Shown here: one piece after another, positions 33,240 through 49,709 of the stretch
How the letters are laid out: the number at the start of each line of letters is the position of its first letter
Numbering within the stretch: the first letter of the stretch is position 1
From: the human T2T-CHM13v2.0 reference genome, Homo sapiens
Direction: 5' to 3' (one strand)
Length of the DNA stretch: 64,000 nt
Assembly: GCF_009914755.1 (NCBI RefSeq)
Contig: NC_060928.1
The notes under the pieces: generated by a model
Seen by the model: only the letters and a program-made list of their open reading frames with translations
Databases searched by the model: none
What the model was told of the DNA's origin: nothing
Position numbers and translations under genes: made by a program

Positions 33240-35500
33240 GTTTTATACTCAATTACCATCTTCAGATATCTGGCTCCAACAAATACTGATCTACCTCTGT
33301 CACCACAGTTGGCTTTTCCTTGAAGGTCATATAAATGAAAACATACAGTATGTCATCTTTTCTGACTAGTTTCTTTCATTTATATAATGCTTTTGAGAGT
33401 CATCCATGTTTTTGCACATTTTAGAAGTTTGTTCTTTATATTGCTATGTAGTGTTCCATTAAATGAGGTATCCAAGTTGATTTCTGTGTTCACTGATGAA
33501 CGGGCATTTTGGTTGTGTGAAACTTTGGGCCATAATGCATAAGTCACTATGAACATTCAGGTTTGTTGATTTGTGTATAAATATGTTTTCATTTTTTCTT
33601 GGTTATATACCCAGGAGTGGAATTGGTGGGTCATATGGTAACTCTATGGTTAATTTTTTGAGGAACTGACAGTCTTCTTTCCAAAGTCCCTGCACTATTT
33701 TACATTCCTGTCTACAGTGTGCGAGGGTTCCAATTTCTCACAACCTCATCAATACTTGTTATTATCTGTCTTCCTGATTATAGCTATCCTGGTGTATGTG
33801 AATTGCCATCTCACTGCAGTTTCAATTTGCAATTCCCTAATGACTAATAATGTCGAGCATGTTTTCATAAGTTAGATTCCATTTACATATTTTTGGTGAC
33901 CTATTTATTAATATACATTTTGCTTATAATTTTATTGAGTTGTTTGTCTTCTGACAGATGAGTTATGGGTTATGTTTTGGATACAAGTCTTATTTTTCTT
34001 TTATTGTTGTGTCTTATGAAAAAAAGTTTTTATGTAGTCCAATTTATTAATTTTATCTTTTATGCTAATTTTTATGTTTTATTTAAGAAATGTTTTACTA
34101 ACCCAAGGTCACAAAGGTTTATTTTCTGTTCCTTTCTACATCTTTCATAGATTAGTTTCAACATTTACATGCATGATGTTAATTTTAGGTTATGCGTGAG
34201 GTAAGGGTCAAGGTTCATTTCTTGTAGAGGGATAGACAATTGTTACAGAACCATTTGTTCAGATGCTTATTCTTTCCTCATTGAATTACATTAGCACCTT
34301 TGTAAAAAAAACCAGTTGATGTATAAGTATCAATCTATACCTAAACTCTGTATTCTGTTTCACTGGTATCAGAAATTGCGTTATCATAATTAATAAAGCC
34401 GTACAGTAAGTCATGAACTCAAGTAGTGTAAGATAAGCAATGTTACTACTTTGCAAAATGGTTTAAAAGTCTTTTGTAGTTGTCTTATCTAGCCCTTTGT
34501 AGTTTCATTTCAAATCAATGTGCCAATTTTTAGAAAATAATAGTCTGGTGGGATTTTGATTGAGATTATATTTTATTAACAAATCAATTTATGGAGGTTG
34601 ATATCTAACTACATTGAGTTTTCATAGCCATGAACAAGGTATAGCTCTCCATTTATTTAGATCTTGTAAATTATTACTCAGCAATGTTTATAGTTGTGAG
34701 TGTATAGGTGTTATATTCACTTTAAAATACAAACTTAAAGATTGTTAGATTATTATGCTATCATATTTTTTATTTTATTTTTCTTCTGATTATTCCTAAT
34801 ATACAGAATTTTAATTAATTTTTGTATATTGACTTTCAAAACTGCAACCTTGCTCAATACACTTAGTTCTATTGGCTTATGTGATTGTTAATTTTATGTG
34901 TCAACTTGACTGGGCCACAGAGTGTCCAGATATTTGGCCAAACATTATTCTGGCTGTTTCTGTGAAAGTGTTCTTGGATGGCATTAACATTTAAATCAGT
35001 AGATTTAGTAAAGATTACCCTCCCTAATATGGGTGAGCCTCACTCAATCAGCTGAAGGCTTGACTAGAACACAAAGGCTAACCCTCCTCCAAGTAAGAAT
35101 TTTTCTGGCTTGATGCTAGTGGACTTTTAACTGGGACATTGACATTTTTTCTGCCTTCAGACTTGAACTGAAACATGAGCTCTTCCTAGGTCTTGTGCCT
35201 GCCAATGTTTGGACAGATACTATTCCATAGACTCTCCTGGTTCTCAGGCCTTCAGGCCTAGACTAGAACTAAACCATCAGCTATCCTGGTTTTCCAGCTT
35301 GCCAACTCACCATGCAGATCTTGGGACTTGCCAGCCTCCATAAACACGTGAGCCAACTCCTTATAACAAACAAATACACACACACACATGCACACACACA
35401 CACACACACAAACACAAATACCCTATTGATTCTGCTAGAGAACCCTGACTAATAAAGCTTATTTACAGATCCTTTAGAGTTATATACATGGACAGTTGTA
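33240..35500 (-). mobile_element. Old L1M (MB/MC/MD) 3' portion, interrupted by MLT2
   Basis: Antisense L1 ORF2/3'UTR (ATATACCCAGGAGTGGAATTG; CTCCATTTATTTAGATC). Confidence 0.85.
34880..35456 (+). mobile_element. MLT2B-like ERVL solo LTR with internal (CA)n
   Basis: TGTGATTGTTAATTTTATGTGTCAACTTGACTGGGCCAC...GAGAACCCTGACTAATA; perfect 5-bp TSD GCTTA. Confidence 0.92.
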
Positions 35501-35504
35501 AAGC

Positions 35505-35750
35505 ACATCTTCAAAAAAGATTACAGCTAACGTCATACTTAATGGCGAAAAATGCAAAACTTTCCTACTAAGATCGGGAACAAGACAACCACTCTTTTTC
35601 AATGTTGTACTGGAAATCTGAGCTCATACAATAAGGCAAGAAAAGGAAATAAAAGATGTACAGATTAAGAAGAAAGTAATGAAATTGTGCTTTCGGAAGA
35701 CATGATTATTTACATGAAAAATGCAAAATAAAAGACAACAAAACTCTTAG
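35505..35750 (+). mobile_element. L1M ORF2 RT fragment, inverted relative to the adjacent L1
   Basis: ACAGCTAACGTCATACTTAATGG...AAGATCGGGAACAAGACAA...GACATGATT (TANVILNG...DMI). Confidence 0.8.
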
Positions 35751-36029
35751 TTAATTTTATGCCCAGCAAAGTGGAGGGATGACTCCCTTGATTGCTGAAC
35801 AAGAATCTCCCTAAGATTCCCTCTACCAACATCTACTTTAAATATCTGATTGGAGTCTTATATTAGTCTTTCAGTTGTTCTTGAAATATATCTGGAGGTT
35901 TCACTGAGATATTGATAATAAAATGTGCTGTTTGAACATGTACGTTGGCATCATGGTACATTCATTTAAAGATTTCTGTTTGGTGGAAGACAATCGATTC
36001 CCTTTCAAGTGGCATATGACTATTCATAT

Positions 36030-36960
36030 GGATTTTTCTTGTTTCATTTCTAATTTTACTTAGTTGAGTCTTGTCTCTCTTTCTTACTGTAGCTAAGAGT
36101 TTATCCTTTATCTTTTCAGAGAAACCAAATCTTGTTTCATTGATTTTATTTTTTTCCTTTTATTCATTTCTGCTCTAATCTTTCTTATTTTCTTTCTTCT
36201 GCTAAATTTGGGCTTAGTTTTTTTTCTTTTTCTTTTAGTTGCTCAAGATGTAGAGTTAACTTGTTTATTTTAAATCTTTCTTCTTTTGTATAGTAGGTGT
36301 TTATCACTATCAACTTTCCTCTTAGTACTGCTTTTGCTCCATTCAGTAAGTTTTAAAATGTTCTGTTTCCATTTTTCTTTGTCTTAAGATATTTTTAAAT
36401 TTATCTTTCAATTCCGTCTTTGACTTCTTGGTTGTTTGAGAGCATATGGAATACTTTTCACATATCTGTGAATTTATCCAGTTTTTCTTTTGTTATTGAT
36501 TACTAATTGATACTTGGTATGATTTCAGTCTTCTCTAATGTATTAAGACTTGCTTTGTGATGAAATATGTAACCTATCCTGGAGAGTAATCTGTGCACAC
36601 TTAAGAAGAATATGTATTCTACTGCTGTTGGGTGGCATGTTCTGCATATGTCTGATGTATCCATTTGTTCTACAGTTTTGTTCAAATCTGTTGTTTACTT
36701 ATTGACTTTCTGTCTGGATGTTGCATCCATTATTGAAGGAGTACTGAAGTCTCCTACTACTATTGAAATGCTTTCTATTTCTCTCTTCAGGTCTGTCAAT
36801 GTTTGTTTCATATATTTAGGCGCTCTGATGTTGGGTACATATATAGCTATTATTTTTATATGTCTTTGTAATGAAATGACCTTTTGTCATTATATAATAG
36901 CCTTCTTTGTCTCTTTTAACAATTTTTAACTAAAAGTCTGTATTATCTGATATAAATAAG
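36030..36960 (-). mobile_element. L1M ORF2 endonuclease-region fragment
   Basis: Minus ORF 36503-36685 (DICRTCHPTAVEYIFFLSVH...SRIGY...HKASLN) is L1 EN-like. Confidence 0.85.
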
Positions 36961-36964
36961 TGTC

Positions 36965-37205
36965 CCTGTAAAACAGGAAATTGTGGACACAGAGAAATCA
37001 GCAGATGAAGATTGGAGGTATGCAGCCACAAACCAACAAGCTATAATAGGAGCCTGAAATAGATCTTTCCCTGGAACCTATTTCGGCCCTGAGAACACCA
37101 TGATATTGTACTTCTAGTTTTCAGAATTGTGAGACAATACATTTCTATTGCTGAAGCCATTCATTTTCTGTTACCTTGTTATGGCAGGCTTGGTAAGCTA
37201 AAACA
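36965..37205 (+). mobile_element. MLT1 LTR 3' fragment
   Basis: TTTCAGAATTGTGAGACAATACATTTCTATTG...TTGTTATGGCAG. Confidence 0.7.
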
Positions 37206-38200
37206 GAGATGAAAGCCATGTTCAAATCTGTTTCTTTAAGAATAAATTGTGATCAAAGCTGGAGAGAAAGTGAGAAAGTCCAATGAAGGAAAGATACAGA
37301 ACTTGATTTCCCAAGATGGAGGGGCAATGGAAAGGCACTGGCGGATATTATCAACCTCCTTTTTTCCTACAGGTAAACTCTCAAGGATAAAATATAACTG
37401 ATCTTGTTTCCATGGTTTCCCCCCAGCCAGCATGCTAAATGCAATCTTCTCAGATTGGTATTCTTAAACTGCCAGCTAGTCAATTTACTTATGAAGTTTA
37501 TTCCCACACTGTTACTTTATTCATCTATCTTTTCTTCTAAATTTTGTTTTTTTCCTATTCTTACTGAAAACAGTTCTCTGCAATAGAGAAAGCATATTTA
37601 TGTGCAGATATGAAATGTCTCTGAGTTATTCAGTGACATTAAAAAGAAAGATATAAACAATTACTGACATCTGGATCCCTTAGAAAAAAATTTTTTTTAA
37701 TGAGGCTGAACTCATTTTGGAATTTCTTAGTATTCTATGACGTGGTTCAATGTTAAGGAAAATTAATCTGGGATCAGGCTAATGGTATGAACAAAAGTAC
37801 GAAGGGCTAAATGGTTATGCTATACGCAGGTAGCATATAAAATGGGGTAAGGAAATCAGATTTATTCACATTGAAGAGTAATTACAAATAAAATTTGGTG
37901 GAGATAGTGGAGCCAGCGTAAGTAGGACTCTTAGCCACTTGTCATGAAAATGAGAGACTTTTGTTGCTAGCCAGGTAAATCTGGACCTTACATGAGAGAT
38001 AATTGAAGGAGGAGATTTCTCTTTCTCCTTGTCGTGTGAGGTCTTAAATTAAAAACTTTGTTCAGAGAAATGGGTGGTACAAACAAACAATGAATTAGGC
38101 TATAACTAGGACCATGGGAATCATCAATTCATCAGTTTGTAAGTCATTCAAAAGTTTAGCTCTGAAGTAGAGAAACATCAGTATTTATGCAGGCATGAAT

Positions 38201-38239
38201 CAACACACACACACACGCACACACATGCACACACACACA
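38201..38239. repeat. (CA)n microsatellite
   Basis: Seen directly. Confidence 0.9.
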
Positions 38240-40783
38240 GCCTGATTCTTTGTCACATGTTCAGATCTAGAGGAGTATCTATACTCTGTATTATTTCTTA
38301 TTCTACTAGATTTATTTGGTTCAGAGCTTCTATGTTGTGTTTAATGTGTTGTCACTCATAGTTTAAAAAACATGAATTAAGTTATAAATGAAAGTGAGAA
38401 AAGAAGTGGTAATTAGAATACAGAGTTTGATGAATTTGATGAAACTGTGGGAAGAAGAAAACAGAATTTATAAAAGATGATATATGGTGATGTACCTTGA
38501 AGTCTCTACACTACTATGGCACTATAGCACATAATTAGTGAAAATGTTATATTCTCTCAGGAGATGTCACCTGTATAAAATAATGTAAAGAATACAAAGA
38601 TAGTCTGGCTCAAAAGTTCCTTAGAGTCTTTCTATGACGTGTTTGCAAGGTGAGGTCTTAGGAATATACTTCTGACAGATTTATATTGGTCAAATTCACT
38701 ATCAACAGGGCTACATTATTTTTAAATAATCGTTTTCCACCACAACAAAAATTTACACGCAATAATAATTAACAACTATATATCAAAAAGAGACATGGAG
38801 AGCAAATCAGCATATCAGGATTTTACTCACAGTTTAGAGGTGTTGTCCTCAACAATTTTTCCTAATGATCTTGCTTTCTTCTTTTGTGCTCTTGAAATTT
38901 TGTAAGGTAAGTTTCCCCTTTATTTCACTTGATTACTTTACCCAAGCAATCAAGGCACTCTCGTCACTTTAATGAGGAGTATAATGCTCAGACTGAAACA
39001 AGTCCCCTGCCACTGATTTGCAATGACAAAACAAAAGACTAAGAAAAAGATCTGATCCTGTATTAAACAAATATTAAACGAGGAATTGTTTGTTTTACTA
39101 TTTAAACTAACATTATCGAAATTCAGTACTAGTAACAACTTGCAAAAGTAAAGGCAGTATTGATTTTTCACCTAAGGGTCTTATATATTCATGAGGAAAC
39201 TTAGAAAATCAGGAAGTTAAGGAACAATGTGGACAACAAAAGAAAACTTACTAAAAGTATAGGAGTGTTTGAAATAAATACCTATTCATAACTTCATCCT
39301 TTAGGCTGAAGTTTTAGGCTGATCTTAACCTAATTCTGTGTGTTTCTCCCTTTTTAATATCCCCTAAATATACTCTGATTTATTATGCCAGAATGTCAGC
39401 AGCGTGCTGTAGGAGTGGCAAAAGCAGAGAAAGGGATTAATCTAGACTGGCTTAAGGATTGCGGTCAACAATGGTTGAATTGATGGAGTTTAGAGCTAGG
39501 CTCTGGGGATGAAAGGCACAAGGAGCGAAAGTTGAAAAATGGGAAGAAGGGAAAGAAAAGTGATTTGGATCCTCTATAAATTTGATGAGCAAATTTTAAT
39601 TAAGAATAAAAGTTATGGTTAACTATTTAAAGTATAAGAGCCAGGATGGTTGAGGGTGATAATATGATACAGGTCATGGCCATAGGTCAATGGCTAAAGA
39701 TCATTGTGGATGAGTTGTAAGGGTAAAAACAAAGAAAACCCTGAGTGCTCTATGGATTGTTCACATGCTTGCTAAACACAGTGAGAATATGGATAAGATT
39801 ACTGGCAGAGAAGAAAGTAGTATCAGACACCCAGTTCTCTGTAGTTTGTTCGGGATTGATTTGGGGTGTGGTTATAAGATCAAGGAAGAAAGGTAAATAA
39901 TGATATAACGAGATGGCTGTCAGTTTAGTAACTTGGAAGTGGCAAATTATGCCCAAACATCTGGTCTGTAGGGCACATGGAGATTCTGAGAAGGGGAAGC
40001 TCCCCATCTGCTGGGTTTTACATTGTTGAGATATAGTATTTGTAATCTTTCGTAGAAATAAAGAGCTCTCCATAAATACATGTAAACGGGGAAGAGATTG
40101 TCATGGCTTTAAATGATAGGAATATGATTCCAAAGAAAAAAGGTAAAAATACTTAGAATCAAGATAAAGGAAAAATTAAAGAGAAATGTATCAGAATCCA
40201 GGAGATGATAGGTGCTGAAACTGGGATTTTTCATTTTGCATTACTAACCATGGAAAGTGGTATTTGATCAGTGTATTTTAGATTCTTCATAGCAAATTTC
40301 TCTTTCTCCCCTATCTTTTTTTTTTTTTTAACAAAATGGGCTAGTAGTTCCTAGTCTCATTGCTTTAATAATTTAATTACTTTAATGATCTGAGAAAGAC
40401 TGTGGAGGCTCACAGCAGCTAAATTTAAAAAGGTATTTAAATGTAAAATATTGAATGTAATTTTACAAATTTCTGAAGTATATCTTTGCCCCACACATTC
40501 TGAAAAAATTCATGCTCTAGATCTGTATCATTCATTTATGTTTCTACATGTAGTGCCTACACATTATGTGGTTTAATTAATGTGTTATTCAAGAACAAAG
40601 CAACAACTTAGCATTTCAACCAGGCATGGTTCTAGTACCAGATTTTTCATTTACACAAATATGTGATAATATATTTGTATTACTGAGATAATTTTTTGTA
40701 TTTGTATTTTTATAGAAGATATATAAATGCATTCTCATACATGACATAAATACTTATGGAGGTAGGTCTATAGATTCTATCTG

Positions 40784-40846
40784 CTATAGATTTAGCACGT
40801 GCTAAATCTGTAGATATAGATTTAGCAGGTGCTAAATCTGTAGACA

Positions 40847-40862
<16 letters not shown>
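40784..40862. repeat. 30-bp tandem repeat (~2.6 copies) of a palindromic unit
   Basis: TAGATTTAGCA(C/G)GTGCTAAATCTGTAGA(T/C)A starting at 40787, 40817 and 40847 (partial). Confidence 0.92.
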
Positions 40863-42105
<1,243 letters not shown>

Positions 42106-42920
42106 TGCAGTACTAACATAATTTGCCTTTAGTATTCTCCAACTGGTATTTTCCCTGCTGGTTTGATTTTATTTCCATTTTACACGATCAGAGGCTTTGA
42201 AAAATATTTTTCTTAGGAGCAGAATCAAATATAAACAACTTCAAGTAACATCTGTCAAACCAAGGTCCTCTCCTGCCAATTCCACTATTGTTTATTGTTT
42301 TATTGAACAAATGTATTCACTGCAGCAGGTACAACTATTTTTGGACAATTGATGCTTTAACACTTTGCAGTTTGACAGGATGAGATGAAGATAAGTAATG
42401 ATTTTTTTTGTGTGGAAGTATATTGAAGGACCCTGAAAACTGTATGGATTTGAGTATCTCCTATATAGGAGATATTACTCAGGACAGATACATAGCTGTT
42501 CTCAGTAATATAACTAAACAATTTACCATTTGAAATGAAAAGGAGTGACTATGGTTATTTATCCAAAGTTCATATTTATAAATCCAGATTTCTTCATCAA
42601 AACATGATATACGTTTGCCTTTCCATGAAGACCCTTTTGTTTTATATATTTATTGGGGAAATGTTGATACATATGCATATTTTTAGAAAACAGCATAGTG
42701 AATCCATGTGTCCGTCACCTAGGTTCAGTCATTACCAACCTGTGGCCACTTGTTATTCTTTTGTACACCCACAACCTGGCTGCCTCACCAATAGTCAGGA
42801 GTAAACCCCAACCCAAAGCAGTGTATTGAGTCATGTCTTGATCCAAACGCTAATCCATTTTCACCCATACCCTGCCCTTTCTCCTCTACCCTGGCCTGCT
42901 CATAATGCCACCTGAGTCTC

Positions 42921-42947
42921 TGCCCTTCTTTTTATTTTTTCTTCTAG
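42921..42947 (+). promoter_or_regulatory. Candidate 3' splice acceptor for the ADAM exon
   Basis: TGCCCTTCTTTTTATTTTTTCTTCTAG directly precedes the ADAM20-like 5' sequence. Confidence 0.6.
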
Positions 42948-44660
<1,713 letters not shown>

Positions 44661-44942
44661 GCAAAAATTTACAATTTCAGAACATAAACTCAATCCTTAA
44701 TGAAATTTCCCCATGTTAATTACGTGTCCTGGAAGTAGAAATGTTAGTGTCTATTTAGCATATATGCCAGAGACCATTGAAAGAAAATCCCAGAGATCTA
44801 TTAAAGGATCATAAACATTAGCCATTAAATAAAGGGCATTTCTATTACATCTCTGCTTTTCATTATTTTAAGCATATTTTCTGATTTACTTTCCATGGAA
44901 TTAGTCTCCTTGTGTATCCCAAGCAAAGGCACAGCTCATGAG

Positions 44943-45018
44943 TGTCAGTGACATGTGTTCATGTGTGCATGTGTGCCTGTGTATGTGAGTGTGCCTGTGT
45001 GTGTGTATGCGTGTGTGT
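44943..45018. repeat. Degenerate (TG)n
   Basis: Seen directly. Confidence 0.8.
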
Positions 45019-45262
45019 TGCTATCTCTCAATTCCAACTTTCTTCCTCTATTTACTCTGCTTTGTCACAGGGAAAATGGGAAATTAAAAATCACATATCT
45101 TCTTTGTCAGTCCTCCCCTTATTAGTATCTGCCAACGAATGGAGCTAGAGGGAGACTGGAAAGCTGAGAGAACTGTTTGATGGATGTTTATGTCCATGTT
45201 TCCTCAGTAACAGCTTTCACCTTGACAGCATCAGTAGCTTTCAGTCTGCATGTTATTAATAT

Positions 45263-46096
45263 TGTTAGAAGAAAAACTTTGGGAAAATTAAATTCAGTAG
45301 AGTTTGTTTACATAAAGTGTAGCTCATAAATTGGGCAGCACTCAGAAACAGAAGTTCAAAGAGCTCCACTCAGCAGTGGGGGCAGGTAGTACCTATAGAC
45401 AGAAAATTAACATGATGTACCATAACAACTTGATTGATCTCAGCTGGGCATTGGCCTTATTTGGGCATGAGACGATGAGACAGTTGCCATATATGGACAT
45501 GTTCTGATCGGTTGGCTGCTGTATTAGTCCATTTTCACACTGCTATAAAGATACTACCCAAGACTGGGTAATTTATAAAGCAAAGAGGTTTAATTGACTC
45601 ACATTTCTGCATGGCTGGGGAGGCCTCAGGAAACTTACAATCATGGTAGACAGGAAGCAAGGTACATCTTACATGATGGCAGGTGAGAGAGTGTGAGTAT
45701 GTGTGAAGAAGGCACTGTCAAAGACTTATAAAACCACCAGATCTTGTTAGAACTCACTCACTATCATGAGAACAGCACGGGAGAAACCACCCCCATGATC
45801 CAATCACCTCCCTCCCTCAACACATGGGGATTACAGGTCCCTTCCTCTACATGTGGGGAATTAAGGATTACAATTTGAGATGAGATCTGGGTGAGGTCCC
45901 AGAGTCAAACCATATCAGCCACGTATGATTAATTAAAGCTCAGCTGCTGTAATTGACTGGGACTTAGATATTTGTTATAAGATTATACTCTTAAGTTAGG
46001 CTGCAGTTTGTTTATACACTAAGTTAGGCTGCAGTTTTCTACATAGGGAGTTAAAGTAGGGAGGCAGCTTTAGGAAAATTTTAATTAAATTTAATG
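45263..46096 (-). mobile_element. MER57-family ERV1 LTR with nested MSTA/THE1
   Basis: Minus strand begins ..TTAAATTTAATTAAAATTTTCCTAAAGCTGCCTCC, resembling the MER57 start, and ends TTCTAACA. Confidence 0.7.
45520..45917 (-). mobile_element. MSTA/THE1D-like MaLR solo LTR
   Basis: TGTATTAGTCCATTTTCACACTGCTATAAAG...CAAACCATATCA. Confidence 0.9.
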
Positions 46097-46481
46097 CTAT
46101 ATATATTTAGTAACTTCTGGATCCAACAGTATTTTCATTCCCAGAGATACCAGCACAGCTACCAAGCAACTTACCTTCAGAATTCTGAGTCCTAGGTCAT
46201 TGAGCCCTCCACCAAATTCCAAAGGTTTCAGCAGCAGGTTGGCTCTGCTCTCTCCTCAGTGGTTGGAGCCCTAGAACAACAAGAGCTATTCCAACTCTGT
46301 AGGTTCCAGGAACCCCAACCCCTTCCCTTTGATCTCTACTTCTAGTAGTGATAGCTACATCTTGTTAATGCTTGTGATTATCTCAGGGTGTGGTTTCTCA
46401 TTTTGTGAGAACTCTAAGTGACATAGTACCTACCTAGGTACAATGGAGGACCCAGGAAGAAGCTAGACAACAGAAGGTTTT

Positions 46482-46847
46482 TGATATGGTTTGGCTGTGT
46501 CTCCACCCAAATCTCATCTTGAATTGTAGCTCCCACAATTTCCATGTGTCATGGGAGGGACCTAATGGTAGGTAATTGAATCATGGGGGTGAGTTTTTCC
46601 TGTAGTGTTCTCATGATAGTGAATAAGTCTCACTAGATCTGACAGTTTGATAAAGGGGAGTTTCCCTGTACATGCTCTCTCTTGCCTGCTGCCATATAAG
46701 ATGTGACTTTGCTCCTCATTTGCCTTCTGCCATGATTGTGAGGCCTCCCTAGCCATGTAGAACTGTGAGTCCATTAAACCATTTTCCTTTATAAATTACC
46801 TAGTCTTGGGTATGTCCTTATTACCAGCATGAGAACAGACTAAGACA
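46482..46847 (+). mobile_element. THE1B/C MaLR solo LTR
   Basis: TGATATGGTTTGGCTGTGT...GAACAGACTAAGACA; TSD GTTTT/GTTCT. Confidence 0.92.
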
Positions 46848-47759
46848 GTTCTGAACTTTTCTTAGTACCACCTTTGACCATTTTGGGGAAATGATTTAAA
46901 GTTAGATAGAATTTCTTCAAAATCTGAAATGAGAAGATGATAACATCGCTAAACTTCTTTGTAATATTGCTTATAAAATAGGATAAAGAAGATACTTAGA
47001 ATTCTATGTAGGATGTATGAAATCTTGGTTTCTTTGGGAAAAGAAAAGTCTGGAAAATCCCAATTAACCAATCATATTTTAAGGCTGTCAGAGGACTGTG
47101 TAAGCAATGAGGACTAAGTGAATGAAAATGTTAGGCATGGAATGCAATTCTGAAATAAGTTAAATTTGCAGCCATGTTTCCCTCTGGAGCACTTGCAGAT
47201 GCTGAATGTGAATTGAGGATTAGGCTTGACCCAGTTAGGAGACCTCTGCTGAGAAAAAGAGAAACCACCAATCCTCTTAGTTACTACACCAGATTCATAA
47301 ATTAGACATTTTGGAGCCTTCAATTCATAATGAATTTCCCCTAAATCACATTTGCTATATTTGAAGCCTTCGTGGGATGCTGGTGAGTTAATTTGAAATT
47401 TCAAAAAAGAATAGTTTCCTGAAATCATGTCATATTTTGGACATTAGTCATGGTAATACAGGGCTTGTCTCAAGCACAAGTGTGTCTCTTCCTAAGATAT
47501 TTATTTGATTTTGAACTTGCATGTGGCAAGAGGCTGGAGAGCTGGCTTCTGGACCCTTAAATGATGGCGATTAATCCCCATAATCTTTCAGAGCTGAGGA
47601 AATAGAGCCACATAAACTCCCAATTGAAAGTCTAGCAGGCTCAGACCTGAGCAATATAAACAAATGAGAATTAGTCCAAGATTTACCAAAAACTCCTGAT
47701 TCATTTAGGTAATCAAGTCCTCAGCCTATCTTTCTAACAGAAGAAAGAGGAACAAATCT

Positions 47760-48380
47760 TTAGTGGAGCCACCTGGAGCTCCTATGGTTGCTTTTTACAT
47801 AATGACTAGCATACAATAAAATATTTCCATACATGCTAAGAGTAAAAAAAATCATGACCTTGTATTAGATAATAAACAAAGCAGAAGAAAATAAAGGAAA
47901 GAAACAGAAGGAGAAACTATAAGTGTGGTCAAGATAATCCAAACAGTGGACCAAGAGTACATTTAAAAAATGACTATGATTAATGTTTCAAAGAAGGAGA
48001 AAAATGTATAAAATATAAGAAAGAATATAAAATATCTCTTTACATTGAATTGGACATTATCAAGTAAATATTTTAGAACTAAAATTACAGTATATTATAA
48101 GAACTCAGTAGATGGGTTAAACAGTAGACTGGATCAGATTACAGAATCACTCAACTGAAAGACAAGTAGGTCAATGGAAAAATTCCTACACTGAAGCACA
48201 CAAAAAAAGCATAAAAGTAAGAAAGTAAGAGGTGTACAGAATATACAAAAAGTTCCCACATTCATAATATTGGAGTTCCAGAGAAAGCATAAAGAGATAA
48301 TTAAATAGAGATAATATTCAAAGAGCTGTTTTTAAAAAATCTTTTAAAGGAAAGAAAGGTTTCAACCCACTGCTTCAAAC
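47760..48380 (+). mobile_element. Old L1M/HAL1 ORF1-region fragment
   Basis: GAACTCAGTAGATGGGTTAAACAGTAGACTGG...TTGGAGTTCCAGA (degenerate ORF1p coiled-coil/RRM). Confidence 0.65.
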
Positions 48381-48599
48381 CAGGTCACATACTTCTCAGG
48401 GGCATTAATAATATTTTTTTCTTGTTTATTTTCTTCAGAGAGATTTCTGCTTGCTAATAATCTGTCTTCAAGTTTGTTTATTCTTTCTTTCTTCTGTTTG
48501 CTCAAATCTTCTGTTTATTTCCTCTATAAAATTATTTATTTTAATTATCATACTTTTTACCTTAAAAACTTAAAATTGATTATTTTATATAATTTATAG

Positions 48600-48896
<297 letters not shown>

Positions 48897-49264
48897 AATT
48901 TCTACCTCTTTACTGATATTCAGAGTTGCTTTTTGTATAGCCAGTGTTTGATCAGAAATTGTGCTTAATCCAGTAGACTCAGTGATTCTCCTATACTTTG
49001 CTAACAGATTTGACTGTGGCCTGAAGAATTCTTCAAGTCTGTAATATTTCATGCTCTGATTGTAATGGGTGCACCGTGGCACATGTGCACAGCCCTCTGA
49101 CATTCTATTATGACTGTCTTCCCAGGAGAAATCTTTCTGGCTGTCTCTTTACCTTGTTCTCTCTTTTAAACTTCTGGTTAGGTTGCCATTTTGCTTATTG
49201 CTGTGAAGTTCATGAAGTTACTGGCCCTTTATTAATTGCTTGCCACCCAACCTCCACTATTTTC

Positions 49265-49709
49265 TTTTTGTTTTTTATTATTATACTTTAAGTTTTAGGG
49301 TACATGTGCACAATGTGCAGGTTAGTTACATATGTATACATGTGCCATGCTGGTGTGCTGCACCCATTAACTCATCATTTAGTATTAGGTATATCTCCTA
49401 ATCCTATCCCTCCCCCCTTCCCCCACCCCACAACAGTCCCCAGAGTGTGATGTTCCCCTTCCTGTGTCCATGTGTTCTCATTGTTCAATTCCCACCTATG
49501 AGTGAGAACATGCGGTGTTTGGTTTTTTGTCCTTGTGATAGTTTACTGAGAATGATGATTTCCAATTTCATCCATGTCCCCACAAAGGACATGAACCCAT
49601 CATTTTTATGGCTGCATAGTATTCCATGGTGTATATGTGCCACATTTTCTTAATCCAGTCTATCATTGTTGGACATTTGGATTGGTTCCAAGTCTTTGCT
49701 ATTGTGAAT
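49265..49709 (-). mobile_element. Short 5'-truncated L1PA3-like insertion
   Basis: Near-identical to 1060-1495; 16-bp TSD AACCTCCACTATTTTC at 49249-49264 and 49712-49727. Confidence 0.95.
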
